The notes beneath the pieces are model-generated. The model had not been told where the DNA came from. It ran no database searches and saw only the letters and a list, made by a program, of their open reading frames with translations. A stretch of 63,791 nucleotides of DNA, from contig NC_057718.1 in assembly GCF_004010195.1 (NCBI RefSeq), forward strand, positions 89,817,497-89,881,287. The letters are read 5' to 3'. Position numbers and translations under genes: made by a program. The stretch is from Chiloscyllium plagiosum. Its lineage: Eukaryota. Positions 1 to 11,853 of this stretch are shown here, piece after piece (positions within the stretch are counted from its first letter, which is position 1; every line of letters begins with the position of its first letter).

Positions 1-717
1 AAATGAATCTCCCCTGAGCTGCTTCCAGTGCAAGTATATTCCTCCTTAAGTAAGAAGAGTTGCACTATCTGGTGTCTTGATATGCAAAAGCACTTGCTTT
101 AACAATAGATATATATACCAAGTATATAGATATAATGGTGTATATCTGTATGTTGAAATAACCACCTGGGCCTGCATATAATTTAAAAATCTGCAAGTGA
201 ATCAAGGCATGAAACCAACACACAGAAAGAATAGACACTGCTGTAAGCAGGACATAAACAGACCCCTGAAATGGAGACCAATTGGACTGCATTCACAAGT
301 AGAGGAAATTTAAAGCAGCGAAGTATAAAGTCAGAATGAATGAGACACAATACAAAGTAAATGCTGAAACTTAAATACAGGAACAAAAATCTGGGTGCTT
401 TGGAAACAATCTTTGACCATGGCAGGGGCACACTGAATAGAGCACTGATTAACAGAGCAGAATGGAATTCTATTTGCTGCACAGGTAACATCTACAAAAG
501 TGAAACCTTTATGCTAAACTTGTGCGAGTTAGACAGACCTCAACAGGAGCAGTGTACTCAAATTCTCACTGCCTGATCCCATCAGGGCCCTCACCCTCCA
601 CACTCAGGCCTCTCAGTCACACCCACACAGCCTTGCACCCCTCAGGACCTTCACTTCCCACCCACCCCCCCAGGGCACACAGTGACCCACTCATTCAGTG
701 CCATCAATGTGACCCTC

Positions 718-3388
718 ACTGTGTGATGGTCACTGTGCTGGGGTCTCTCCAAGGGGGACACTGCTCTGTGTGATGGTCACTGTGCTGGGGTCTCTCCAAG
801 GGGGACACTGCTCTGTGTGATGGTCACTGTGCTGGGGTCTCTCCAAGGGGGACACTGCTCTGTGTGATGGTCACTGTGCTGGGGTCTCTCCAAGGGGGAC
901 ACTGCTCTGTGTGATGGTCACTGTGCTGGGGTCTCTCCAAGGGGGACACTGCTCTGTGTGATGGTCACTGTGCTGGGGTCTCTCCAAGGGGGACACTGCT
1001 CTGTGTGATGGTCACTGTGCTGGGGTCTCTCCAAGGGGGACACTGCTCTGTGTGATGGTCACTGTGCTGGGGTCTCTCCAAGGGGGACACTGCTCTGTGT
1101 GATGGTCACTGTGCTGGGGTCTCTCCAAGGGGGACACTGCTCTGTGTGATGGTCACTGTGCTGGGGTCTCTCCAAGGGGGACACTGCTCTGTGTGATGGT
1201 CACTGTGCTGGGGTCTCTCCAAGGGGGACACTGCTCTGTGTGATGGTCACTGTGCTGGGGTCTCTCCAAGGGGGACACTGCTCTGTGTGATGGTCACTGT
1301 GCTGGGGTCTCTCCAAGGGGGACACTGCTCTGTGTGATGGTCACTGTGCTGGGGTCTCTCCAAGGGGGACACTGCTCTGTGTGATGGTCACTGTGCTGGG
1401 GTCTCTCCAAGGGGGACACTGCTCTGTGTGATGGTCACTGTGCTGGGGTCTCTCCAAGGGGGACACTGCTCTGTGTGATGGTCACTGTGCTGGGGTCTCT
1501 CCAAGGGGGACACTGCTCTGTGTGATGGTCACTGTGCTGGGGTCACTCCAAGGGGAACACTGCACTGTGTGATGGTCACTGTGCTGGGGTCTCTCCAAGG
1601 GGGACACTGCACTGTGTGATGGTCACTGTGCTGGGGTCTCTCCAAAGGGGACACTGCACTGTGTGATGGTCACTGTGCTGGAGTCTCTCCAAGGGGGAAC
1701 ACTGCCCTGTGTGATGGTCACTGTGCTGGGGTCTCTCCAATGGGGAACACTGCACTGTGTGATGGTCACTGTGCTGGGGTCTCTCCAAGGGGGACACTGC
1801 ACAGTGTGATGGTCACTGTGCTGGAGTCTCTCCAAGGGGGAACACTGCACTGTGTGATGGTCACTGTGCTGGAGTATCTCCAAGGGGGACACTGCACTGT
1901 GTGATGGTCACTGTGCTGGGGTCACTCCAAGGGGGAACACTGCACTGTGTGATGGTCACTGTGCTGGGGTCACTCCAAGGGGGAACACTGCACTGTGTGA
2001 TGGTCACTGTGCTGGGGTCACTCCAAGGGGGACACTGCACTGTGTGATGGTCACTGTGCTGGGGTCACTCCAAGGGGGACACTGTACTGTGTGATGGTCA
2101 CTGTGCTGGGGTCACTCCAAGGTGGACACTGCACTGTGTGATCACTGTGCTGGGGTCTCTCCAAGGTGGACACTGTACTGTGTGATGGTCACTGTGCTGG
2201 GGTCACTCCAAGGGGGAACACTGCACTGTGTGATGGTCACTGTGCTGGGGTCACTCCAAGGGGGACACTGCACTGTGTGATGGTCACTGTGCTGGAGTCT
2301 CTCCAAGGGGAACACTGCACTGTGTAATGGTCACTGTGCTGGAGTCTCTCCAAGGGGAACACTGCACTGTGTAATGGTCACTGTGCTGGGTCTCTCCAAG
2401 GGGGAACACTGCACTGTGTGATGGTCACTGTGCTGGGGTCTCTCCAAGGGGGACACTGCACTGTGTGATGGTCACTGTGCTGGGGTCACTCCAAGGGGGG
2501 ACACTGCACTGTGTGATGGTCACTGTGCTGGGGTCACTCCAAGGGGGACACTGCACTGTGTGATGGTCACTGTGCTGGGGTCTCTCCAAAGGGGACACTG
2601 CACTGTGTGATGGTCACTGTGCTGGAGTCTCTCCAAGGGGGAACACTGCCCTGTGCTGGGGTCTCTCCAAGGGGGAGCACTGCACTGTGTGATGGTCACT
2701 GCTGGGGTCTCTCCAAGGGGAACACTGCACTGTGTGATGGTCACTGTGCTGGGGTCTCTCCAAGGGGGAACACTGCACTGTGTGATGGTCACTGTGCTGG
2801 GGTCTTTCCAAGGGGGGACACTGCACTGTGTGATGGTCACTGTGCTGGGGTCTCTCCAAGGGTGAACACTGCACTGTGTGATGGTCACTGTGCTGGGGTC
2901 TCTCCAAGGGGGATACTGCACTGTGTGATGGTCACTGTGCTGGGGTCTCTCCAAGGGGGACACTGCACTATGTGATGGTCACTGTGCTGGGGTCTCTCCA
3001 AGGGGGACACTGCACTGTGTGATGGTCACTGTACTGGGGTCTCTCCAAGGGGGACACTGCACTGTGCTGGCCACTGTGCTGGGGTCACTCCAAGGGGGAA
3101 CACTGCACTGTTTGATGGTCACTGTGCTGGGGTCTCTCCAAGGGGGACACTGCACTGTGTGATGGTCACTGTGCTGGGGTCTGTCCAAGGGGAACACCAC
3201 TGTGTGATGGTCACTGTGCTGGGGTCTCTCCAAGGGGGACACTGCACTGTGTGATGGTTACTGTGCTGGGTCTCTCCAAGGGGAACACTGCACTGTGTGA
3301 TGGTCACTGTGCTGGGGTCTCTCCAAGGGGGAACACTGCACTGTGTTATGGTCACTGTGCTGGGGTCTCTCCAAGGGGGACACTGCAC
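718..3388. repeat. 47-bp minisatellite, ~57 copies (unit GTGTGATGGTCACTGTGCTGGGGTCTCTCCAAGGGGGACACTGC[T/A]CT)
   Basis: Period of 47 read directly (units start at 721, 768, ...). There are 17 identical units at 721-1519, then variant units to 3388. All ORFs called here are repeat translations. Confidence 0.97.
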
Positions 3389-3394
3389 CGAGGG

Positions 3395-4150
3395 TCATGG
3401 AGTCATAGAGAAGTATAGCACAGAAACAGATCCTTCGGTCTGACTCGTCCATGCCGACCAGCTATCCTAACCTAATCTAGTCCCATTTCCCAGCATTTGG
3501 ACTGTATCCCTCTAAACGCTTCCTATTCATTTACCCAACCAGATGCCTTTTAAATATTGAAATTGTACAAGCTTCCAGCATTTACTCTGGAAGCTCATTC
3601 CTTACATGCACCACCCTTTGTGTGAAAAAGTTGCCCCTTAAGGTCCTCCTTAAATCTTTCCCCTCTCTCCTTAAACCTATGCCCTCTAGTTCTGGACACC
3701 CCCACCCCAGGGAAAAGACCTGTTTATTTATCCTATCCATGCCCCTCATGATTTTGTAAAGCTCTAGAAGGTCACTCCTCAGCCTCTGACATTCCAGGGA
3801 AACAGACCCAGCCTATTCAGCCTTTCCCTATATCTGAAACCCTCCAATCCTAACAACATCCTTGTAAATCTTTTCTGAAACCTTTCAAGTTTTACAACAT
3901 CCTTCCAATAGAAGGAAGACCAGAAATGTGCACTGTATTCCAAAAGTGGCTTAACCCATGTCCTGTAGAGCTGCAACATGACCTCCTAACTCTTATGCTC
4001 AATGCTCTGACCAATAAAGGAAAGCATACCAAACACCTTCTTCACTATCCTATCTACCTAGGACTCCACTTTCAGGGATCTATGAACCTGCTCACCAAGG
4101 TCTCTTCATTCAGCATCGTCCCCCAGGACCTTGCCATTAAGTGTATAAGT
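3395..4150 (-). mobile_element. CR1 (HER1-type) LINE 3' fragment
   Basis: Minus-strand translation LYRTWVKPLLEYSAHFWS...LERFQKRFTRML matches the CR1 ORF2 C-terminus. The 3' tail reads GAGTCATAGAG on + at the left end. Confidence 0.9.
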
Positions 4151-4159
4151 CCTGGTAGA

Positions 4160-4590
4160 CAGGAAGACACTGCACTGTCTGAGGAGGATAGTGAGGAGGA
4201 CACTGCACTGTCTGAGGGGGACACTGCAATGTCTGAAGGGGGTAGTGAGGGGAACACTACTGTGCGAAGGTCACACTGGGATGCACTGCTCTGTCTGAGG
4301 GGAATAGTGAGGGAATACTGCACTGCCTGAGGGTCATATTGAGGGGGACATTACTGTGTGAGGGTCTCACTGAGGAGAATACTGCTCTAAGTGTCACACT
4401 TAAGGGACACTACTCTGAGGGTCAGGCTGAGGGTACGGTGCATTGTCTGAGAGTGACTCTGAGGGAACGTGTTTTGAATGTCAATCGAAGAATGTCACTC
4501 CTCTGTCGGAGGGTCACTGAGAGGTCATTGCAGTATTTGATGGTCACCCTGACGGGAAAACTACACTGTCTGGGGGTCACTCCGCTGAGG
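4160..4590. repeat. Degenerate low-complexity tandem repeat (GACACTGCACTGTCTGAGG motif), also at ~5785-5910
   Basis: Recurrent GACACTGCACTGTCTGAGGG-like units that share GACACTGCACTGT with the 47-bp minisatellite. Confidence 0.7.
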
Positions 4591-4591
4591 G

Positions 4592-5790
4592 ATTGTACCA
4601 GCCTCCACCACTTCTTCTGGCAGCTCATTCATTTCACACATCACTCTTTGTTTGAAAAAGTTGCCCCTTAGCTCCCTTTTAAACTGAAATTCTTACAGTG
4701 TGGAAACAGGCCCTTCAGCCCAACATGTACACACTGACCCTCTGAAGAATAACCCAGCCAGACACATTCCCCTACCCGAATGCATCTAACCGACATATCC
4801 CTGTGACGCTATGGGCAATTTAGCATAGCCAGTTCACTTAACCTGCACATCTTGGATTGTAGGAGGAAACCCACACAGACAGTTGCCCAAGGCTGGAATC
4901 AAACCTGGGTCCCTGGCACTCTAACCACTGAGCCACCGTGCCACCTCTCTCCTTAAACCTATGCCCTCTACTTCTGGACACCCCCTCACCAGGGAAGAGA
5001 CCTGTCTATTTACCCTATCCATGCCCCCCATGAGTTTATAAAGCTCTGGAATGTCACTCCTCAGCCTCTGATACTCCAGGGAAAACAGCCCCAGCCTATT
5101 CAGCCTTTCCCTATAGCTCAAATCCTCCAATCCTGGCAACACCCTTGTAAATCTTTTCTGAACCCGTTCAAGTTTCACAACATCCTTCCAATAGAAGGGA
5201 GATCAGAATTGCACACAGTACTTCAAAAGTGGCTTAACTCATGTCCTGTACATTTTGCAACATGACCTCCTAACTCTTATGCTCAATGTTCTGACCAATA
5301 AAGGAAAGCATACCAAACACCTTTTTCACTATCCTATCTATCTAGGACTCCACTTTCAAGGCACTATGAACCTGCTCACCAAGGTCTCTTTGTTCAGCAA
5401 CACTTCCCAGGACTTTGCCAATGAGTGTATAAGTCCTGCCCTGATGTGCCTTTCCAAAATGCATTTATGTTTATGTTTAATTTATGTTTATCTAAATTAA
5501 CTCCATCTGCCAGTCCATTGGTCCATCTGATCAAGATCCCGTTGTACTCTGAGGTAACCTCCTTCACTGTCCACTACTCATCTAATTTTGTTATCATCTG
5601 CAAACTTACAAACTATACCTCCTATGTTCACATCCAAATCCTTTATATAAATGACAAAAGACAGTGAACCCAGCACCGATCCTTGTGGCGCACCGCTGGT
5701 CAAACAATCCTCCACCATCATCTTCTGTCTTCTACCCTCAAGCCAGTTCTGTATTCAAGTGATGAGTTCTCCCTATGTTCCATGCACTGT
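4592..5790 (-). mobile_element. CR1 LINE fragment interrupted by an HE1/V-SINE
   Basis: Minus-strand LERVQKRFTRVLPGLEDLSYRERLNRLGLFSLE; CR1 sequence resumes after the SINE at ~4945. Confidence 0.88.
4690..4943 (-). mobile_element. HE1/V-SINE (internally deleted)
   Basis: Reverse complement has the tRNA-like head GGCACGGTGGCTCAGTGGTTAG...GGTTTGATTCC and the CR1-like tail CCTGTTTCCACACTGTAAG. Confidence 0.8.
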
Positions 5791-6614
5791 CTGATGATCA
5801 CTCTGAGGTGGGGGTCACTGTCTGAGAGTCACACTGAGGAGATACTTAGTCTGAGGGTCACACTGGGGAGACACTGCTTTGTGTGAGGGTGGCACTGAGG
5901 GATCACTGTACAGTTAGTCCTGTCTTTCAGCTCAGTAATAGAACCCAAAGCATCATTGGGAGAATGGCAGGCAAGATTAGGTGACCCTCTGTGTTGTTAA
6001 TTTCTGGAGCAAGTTGCTGAAAGTTCTGTGGCATCGATCCTAATTGAATTTGTTGTTGTACATGTATTGTAAGATGTTCAATCATAGTATATTAGCAGTA
6101 TTAACCATGTGTAATGGGTTAAAGGGTTATGGGAAGTGGGTAGCAAAGTGAAGATGAGGCCTAGATGAGATTAGTCACGATCATAATGAATGATCAAGGA
6201 AGCTTGAGGGGAGGAGTTACCCCTTCCTGCTCTTATTCATGTGTTAGGTTGGAGTGTTAGAAATAATTTGTCTATGTATTGTGGATTGGTACTGTTGTAA
6301 TGTTGCAGAATAAAAGTATTATTGTTTGTTCAAAACTGGAATCTTGTGGCTTAGTCCTTTCCCTTAATCTCTGACTTTATCTAAAAATAAGTTACTTGTC
6401 CCTAATCAGATTGTGACATAAAATAGGTTTTCTGACCTGGGCCATAACAGAATTGCTTTTTGTGAACAAGATCTACCTAAACTGTGTAGCTTCAAGCATT
6501 GAAGCTCTACTGGAACATATTGGCTAGGAGCACACTTAGTTCTGCAGTTTGAGTCTTTGTTATTATTGTGGAATGTTGTCAGGATTTGGCCTCTAAGAGA
6601 GAGGCAGCTGTGTC

Positions 6615-6905
6615 ATGAGAATTTTACTGGACTAATAATCAGTGGCCCAGGCTAAGGTAGGAGTATGGATTCCGATCTCACCATGGCAGCTGGTGGAATT
6701 TAAAGCCAGTTAATAAATCCAGAGTATAGAACAAATCTCAGTAATGGTGTCATGAAAATGTCATTTTTATTTTTAAAAACTCTGATTCATTAATGCTCCT
6801 TCGAGAAGGAAATCTGTCTATGTGACTTGAAAGCCACAGTAAAGTGACTGGCCCTTAACTTCCCTCTGAAATCCCCAGTAAGCTATTCATTACTAAGGCT
6901 GGGTA
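6615..6905 (+). mobile_element. Degenerate tRNA-derived SINE (family of 15784-16130)
   Basis: Motifs ACTGGACTAATAATC...ATGGCAGCTGGTGGAATTTAA...GAAGGAAATCTG...GTGACT shared with other copies in the window. Confidence 0.65.
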
Positions 6906-6949
6906 ACAAGTGTGGATCATCCACTCAGCATGTCTGGTTCAGGATGGAT

Positions 6950-7900
6950 TGAAATACCTCGGCCTTGATTTTCGCACTTTTGTCAAGTCTCCCCTCCTGT
7001 TACTTGTTTAATTGCCCAATACTGTCCGGGACTGGTGGCAGGATTGCAGAGCTTGGATCTGATCTGTTGGTTGTGGGAACGCTTTGCTCTGTCTATTGCG
7101 TACTGCTTCTACATTTGGTCATACGTGTGATCCTGTATTGACATTTTGGCACCTCACTTCTGGCTCTGCCTGGTGCAGCTCCTGTCATGCACTCCTGCAC
7201 TAGATAAACTTGACTGGACCATCGTATTCCCAATTCCCATTATCCTGGTTCGCCCCTGCACTCCATATTGAGCCAGTGTCGATTTCCTGGCTTGATGGTA
7301 ATGGTAGAGTGGAAGATATACTGAGGGTGTAATGAATACCGTTCAATTGCTTTTGATGTCCACAGCACTTTGTGGATGTTTGGTCTTGAGGTGCTAGATC
7401 TGTTTGAAGTTTATCCCATTTAGCATGGTTGTAGTGCCACTCAACAGGCCAGTATGCATCTTTAGTATGAAGATGTGACTTTGTCTCTGCAAGGACTGCA
7501 GTGGTCACTTAATACTGCCATGAACAGATATATCTGAAACATGTGGATTGACGACGATGAGATAAACGAGTTTTTTTCCCCATATTTGTTCTCACTACCT
7601 ATTGCAGGCAGATATGTCTTTCAGGACTTGACCAGCCCAGGCAGTAGTGGTGCTATTGAGCCACTCTTGATGATCATATCGAAGACCCCTACCCAAAGTG
7701 CACTCTGTGCCCTTTCTAACTTTAGTGTTGCTTCCAAGTGATGCTCACATATGACCTGATACCTGAGATTTTGTCAAATCCACTGCTATTCTTTAGGAAT
7801 GCCAGATAACTTACTCCTGATGTATATTATACTGCCACTATGGTGGGTGTGTCCTGCCAGGGAAGGTGATGGTAGTATCTGCAATGCGATCTATAAGACA
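6950..7900 (-). mobile_element. Old degenerate non-LTR retrotransposon fragment (region after the endonuclease)
   Basis: Minus-strand remnant WHYNHAKWDKLQTDLAPQD resembles the post-endonuclease 'Y..AKWD.L...L' motif of CR1/L2-group ORF2. Confidence 0.55.
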
Positions 7901-7912
7901 TGATTCGGTGAG

Positions 7913-8935
7913 TGTGTTGACAAATTGCCGATGGTGTTTAATTTAGATAAACGTGAGGTGTTGCATTTTGGTAAGGTAAATCAGGACAGGACTTCCAAAG
8001 TTAATGGTAGGGGCCTGGGGAGTGTTGCTGAGCAAAGAGACCTAGAGGTGTACAAGTGCACAATTCCTTTAAAGTAGAGTCACTGGTGGTGGTGAAGGCG
8101 GTGTTTGGCACACTTGCCTTCATGGGTCAGTGCATTGAGTATAGGAGTTGGGATGTCATGTTGCAGATGTACAGGACATTGGTTCGGCCACTTTTAGAAT
8201 ACAGCAGGTTGCAAGTTTGCTGGCTAAGCTGGTAGATTTATTCTCAGATGTTTCATCACCATGCTAGGTAACATCATCTGATGAAGCGCTAGTGTTGTAT
8301 CCCGCTTTCTATTTATGTGTGTTGATCTGTTACGGTCGGTGATATCATTTCCGGTTCTTTTTCTCAGAGGTTGGTAAACCGGGTCCAAGTCGATGTGCAT
8401 TCAATTCTAGTCTCTCTGCTGTAGGAAAAATGTTGTGAAACTTCAAAGGATTTTGAAAAGCTTTTCAAAGGTATAGCCAGGAATGGAGGGGTTGAGCTAC
8501 AGGGAGAGGCTGAATAGGCTGGGGCTGTTTTCCCTGGAGCATCGGAGGCTGAGGGGTAGCCTTATGGAGGTTTATAAAACCTTGAGGGGCATGGATAGGA
8601 TGTACAGTCAAGGTCTTCCCCTCAGGTTAGAGGAGTTCAAAACTAGAGAGAATAGGTTTAAGGTGAGATGGAGAAAGATTTAAAAGGGACCTCGAGGGGT
8701 AGCTTTTTCATGCAGAGGTGATGCATGTATGGAATGAGCTACCAAAGCAGGTAGTGGAGGCTGGTACAATTGCAACATTTAAAAGGCATCTGGATGGGTA
8801 TATGAATAGGAAGTATCTGGAGGGAAATGGGCCAAATGCTGGCAAATGGGACTATGTCATTTAGGATATCTGGTCAACATGGAGGAGTTGGACTGAAGAG
8901 TCTGATTTCATGCTGCATAACTCTGTGACTCTATT
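7913..8935 (+). mobile_element. CR1 LINE 3' fragment interrupted by a Penelope-like fragment
   Basis: EGLSYRERLNRLGLFSLEHRRLRG and a 3' tail CTCTGTGACTCTA. CR1 sequence breaks at ~8204 and resumes at ~8396. Confidence 0.88.
8205..8397 (-). mobile_element. Penelope-like element 3' end with a decayed hammerhead motif
   Basis: Reverse complement encodes HIDLDPVYQPLRK, homologous to [13 protein letters not shown] in the element at 58175-58875, followed by the same terminal repeat. Confidence 0.75.
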
Positions 8936-9629
8936 CTGGATGCTTTTTGACCAGTCCGTCTATTTCTATACAAGCCTCCAGGAATTAATAAAGAGGATGA
9001 TGCTGAATCAACTGAGCTGTTAACATGTTATTTTCTCCTAGGTGTTACTGGTCTAATTGTGCACAGATTACCTACATTAAAATGGTAACCACAACAACAA
9101 CACATAAATAGCACTCTTAACCTAATGATACAGTCCAAGGTGCTTCACAGGATTAAGCTATGAAACCAAGCCTCAATATAACTGGGTTTGATGTTTAAAG
9201 AGTCTGGTTAAAGAGGGATATTTTCAGTGTTGCCTTTTGGGGGGGGGGGGGCTGTGGTGGTGCCAGCAGCAGAGTGCGGGGAGCTGTTTGGCGCTGCCTT
9301 TCTGGAGTTGACTTCTCACCTATCGAGAAGTCTAAAGTGGGGAATTTTGTATGCGTTCTGAGGCTGCATTCCCATCCCTCCTTGGGGATAGGAGCATATC
9401 AATCAGGGCCTACACAACTGAGGCACCAATGGTGAAACAAGATCAGAGATGCAGGAGAAGCCAGAATGAGAGAATCACTGATATCTTGGAGGATAATCGG
9501 GCTGGAGATGATTAGAGATAGGGAGGGGAGAGGCCATGGATGGTTTTGGATGCGAATTTTAAAACTGAGTTGTCACTTGACTAGGAGCTAATGTAGAATA
9601 GCAGGTGTAGGGATTATTGGGGAATGAGC

Positions 9630-10940
9630 TTGATTTGGTTTGATTTATTGTCGTCAGGTGTACCCAAGTAGAGTGAAAAGCTTTGTTTTGCAAACAGCAT
9701 AGACAGATCATAACAGATCATAAGGACACACAGATCATAGGGTGCTTTAACAGAGTGAGGCACACAAGGTTACGACTGCACAGGAGGTGTGCAAAACAAG
9801 ATCAACATTAGATTTGAAATTAGCGAGGTCCATTCAGATTCAAAAAATGTGGTGCTGGAAAAGCATAGTGGGTCAGGCAGCATCCGAGGAGCAGGAGAGT
9901 CAATGTTTCAGGCATAAGCCCTTCACCAGGACCAAGACACAAATAGCAAGTGGGACAGAACATCAGCACATCATCAGAGGCTCACTGATGATGTTACCTG
10001 TCATAGTGACGAAACGTCTGAGAACAAACCTACCAGCTCAGTGAGCAAACCTGAGCTACAAATCTTCTCTAAAATCACATTATGTACCCAGATAGGATGC
10101 TTTCTATGGTGTATCTGTAAAGGTTGGTGAGGGTCCTCATGACATGCTGAATTTCCTAAGGCACCTGAGGAAGAGAAGGCATTGTTGTACTCCCTTGACC
10201 ATCTCATCTACATAGGAGGCCCAGGACTGATTATCGGTTATCGTCACTCCCATGAGCTTGATGCTCTCGACCCTCTCCACCTCAGCTCCTTTGATGTAGG
10301 TAGGAGCGTGTCCTCCTCCTTTCTTCCTGAAGTCAATGATCAGTTTTCTTGTTTTGCCAATATTTACAGAGAGGTTGTTATCATTGCATCACAACAAGCA
10401 CTCTATCTCTTTCCTCCATTCTGATTCATGGTTGTTTGATATTCAGCTACCATGGTGGTATGCCAGCAAACTTGGAGATGGCTGTTCATGTGGCATTTGG
10501 CTACACAGTCGTGGGTGTACAAGGAGAACAGTAGGGGGCTGAGAATGTAACCTTGTGGGATGCCAATGTTGCGGATTATCATGGAGGAGGTATTGTCGTC
10601 TATCTTCACTGATTACGGTCTGTGGGTCAGGAAGTTTAGGATCCAGTTGTAGAGGGCAGAGTTGAGACCTAAGTCTTGGAGTTTTGAGATTAGTCTGGAA
10701 GGGATTATGGTGTTGAGGGTGGAGCTGTAGTCGATGAATAGCAGCTTGATGTAAGTGTCCTTGTAATCCATATGTTTCAGGGATGAGTGTAGGGCTAGGA
10801 AAATGGCATCCGCTGTGATCCTGTTACATTGGTAGGCAAATTACAGGGAATCGATGCAGAGCGGGAGGCTAGTATTGATGTGGGCCCTGACCAGCCTCTC
10901 AATCCACCTCATGATTATGGAGGTCAGAGCCATGTTGACT
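9630..10940 (-). mobile_element. Rex1/Babar-like non-LTR retrotransposon RT fragment with nested PLE relics
   Basis: Minus-strand IGIPQGYILSPLLFSLYTHDCV matches the Rex1/Babar RT motif GxPQGCVLSPLLxxLYTHDC. Confidence 0.7.
9981..10022 (+). ncRNA. Minimal type-I hammerhead ribozyme motif in a PLE terminal repeat (9930-10078)
   Basis: Stem I CTCA/TGAG, core CTGATGA plus T, stem II GTTAC/GTGAC, GAAA, palindromic ACGT, cleavage triplet GTC (10016-10018). Confidence 0.75.
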
Positions 10941-10943
10941 GAC

Positions 10944-11152
10944 GAGAGTGTGGTGCTGGAAAAGCACGGCAGGTCAGGCAGCATCCGAGGAACAGGAAAA
11001 TCGACGTTTCAGGAGCCCTTCATCAGGAGTGAGTCCTGTGGGCCAGAGGCCGGGCAGCCTCCTGCTCCTCGGATGCTGTCTGACCTGCTGCGCTTTTCCA
11101 GCACCACACTCTTCAACTCTGATCTCCAGCATCTGCAGTCCTGACTTCCTCC
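10944..11152. mobile_element. Fold-back PLE-derived element, family B (GTGCTGGAAAAGCACAGCAGGTCAGGCAGCATC)
   Basis: Inverted arms of ~50 bp. The minus strand has CTGATGAAGGGC...GAAACGTC, and the shared tail is CTGATCTCCAGCATCTGCAGTCCT. A half-copy lies at 9848-9932. Confidence 0.75.
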
Positions 11153-11754
11153 ACTTTGGATGACCTAAAGTTTGGGGAAGATAGAACCTAGGAGGGTGTT
11201 GGAATGGCTGCACACAGCAATAACAAATAAGCCAATGAGTATTTGCAGCAACAGATGAGGTGAGACGGGGATGAAAATCAGGCCATGTTGGAGTGGAGAT
11301 GGGTGGTCTGGGTGATGGTGCAAATATAAGGCCTCAGGATGAAAAGCGTGATCTGAATTTCTGCTGTTCGTCTGTAATTTTAAGGTGTGTGTTCGTGGCA
11401 AGTTTTATGTTTGTACAAATTCCATTGTGTGTGTTTGTGTGGAACAGAAATGTTTCCCCGTCTGTCTGAAAAGATAACTTGAGCAGCAGTTGGCTGGCTG
11501 TGTATTCGCATGGGCCAGCCTTGGAACTGGAAGTGTGGGGGAGGCAGGTTCAGTGGAGGCATTGGAAGGTTATTGGAATAGAAACGACGTGTTACAGGGA
11601 TTGGGCAATGAGTTAAAGGAAGCTGGTGCAGAACTGCACAGTGACAACTGTGTAAAGCACAGAACGGGGCCAAAGTCTCTGGGAGCGATCAGTGTGAATC
11701 CGAGGCCACTCCCAGTGAGTCTTGAAGCCGCCCATCAGGCATTGGCTCCGCCTG

Positions 11755-11853
11755 GGTGTTAAATAACATCGAGTGAACAAGGCTGATGCGAGCAGACGGA
11801 GTCAGTACCTTTGTGTTGCCGGGAGAGAGGTGGGTAACCTGTGCCAGGTACGG
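11755..11853 (+). promoter_or_regulatory. Candidate promoter and non-coding first exon of the RNase T2 gene
   Basis: Locally CpG/GC-enriched block (~11660-12110) with TTAAATA at 11759 and a good donor CAG|GTACGG at 11847/8. The ATG exon has an acceptor at 15221 that needs an upstream exon. Inferred only. Confidence 0.35.

Noticed and set aside
718..3388. CRISPR-like array or repetitive protein ORFs
   Set aside because: Units are contiguous with no unique spacers, there are no cas genes, and the context is vertebrate. The ORFs are translations of the minisatellite in shifting frames.
718..3388. Genuine antigen-receptor RSS cluster
   Set aside because: Heptamers lack nonamers at 12/23 spacing and there are no V, D or J coding segments.
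10944..11112. Fold-back elements as DNA-transposon MITEs or pre-miRNAs
   Set aside because: TSD lengths vary (9-15 bp), one arm extends into an unpaired tail, and the centres hold hammerhead motifs. This fits PLE inverted termini better than TIR elements.
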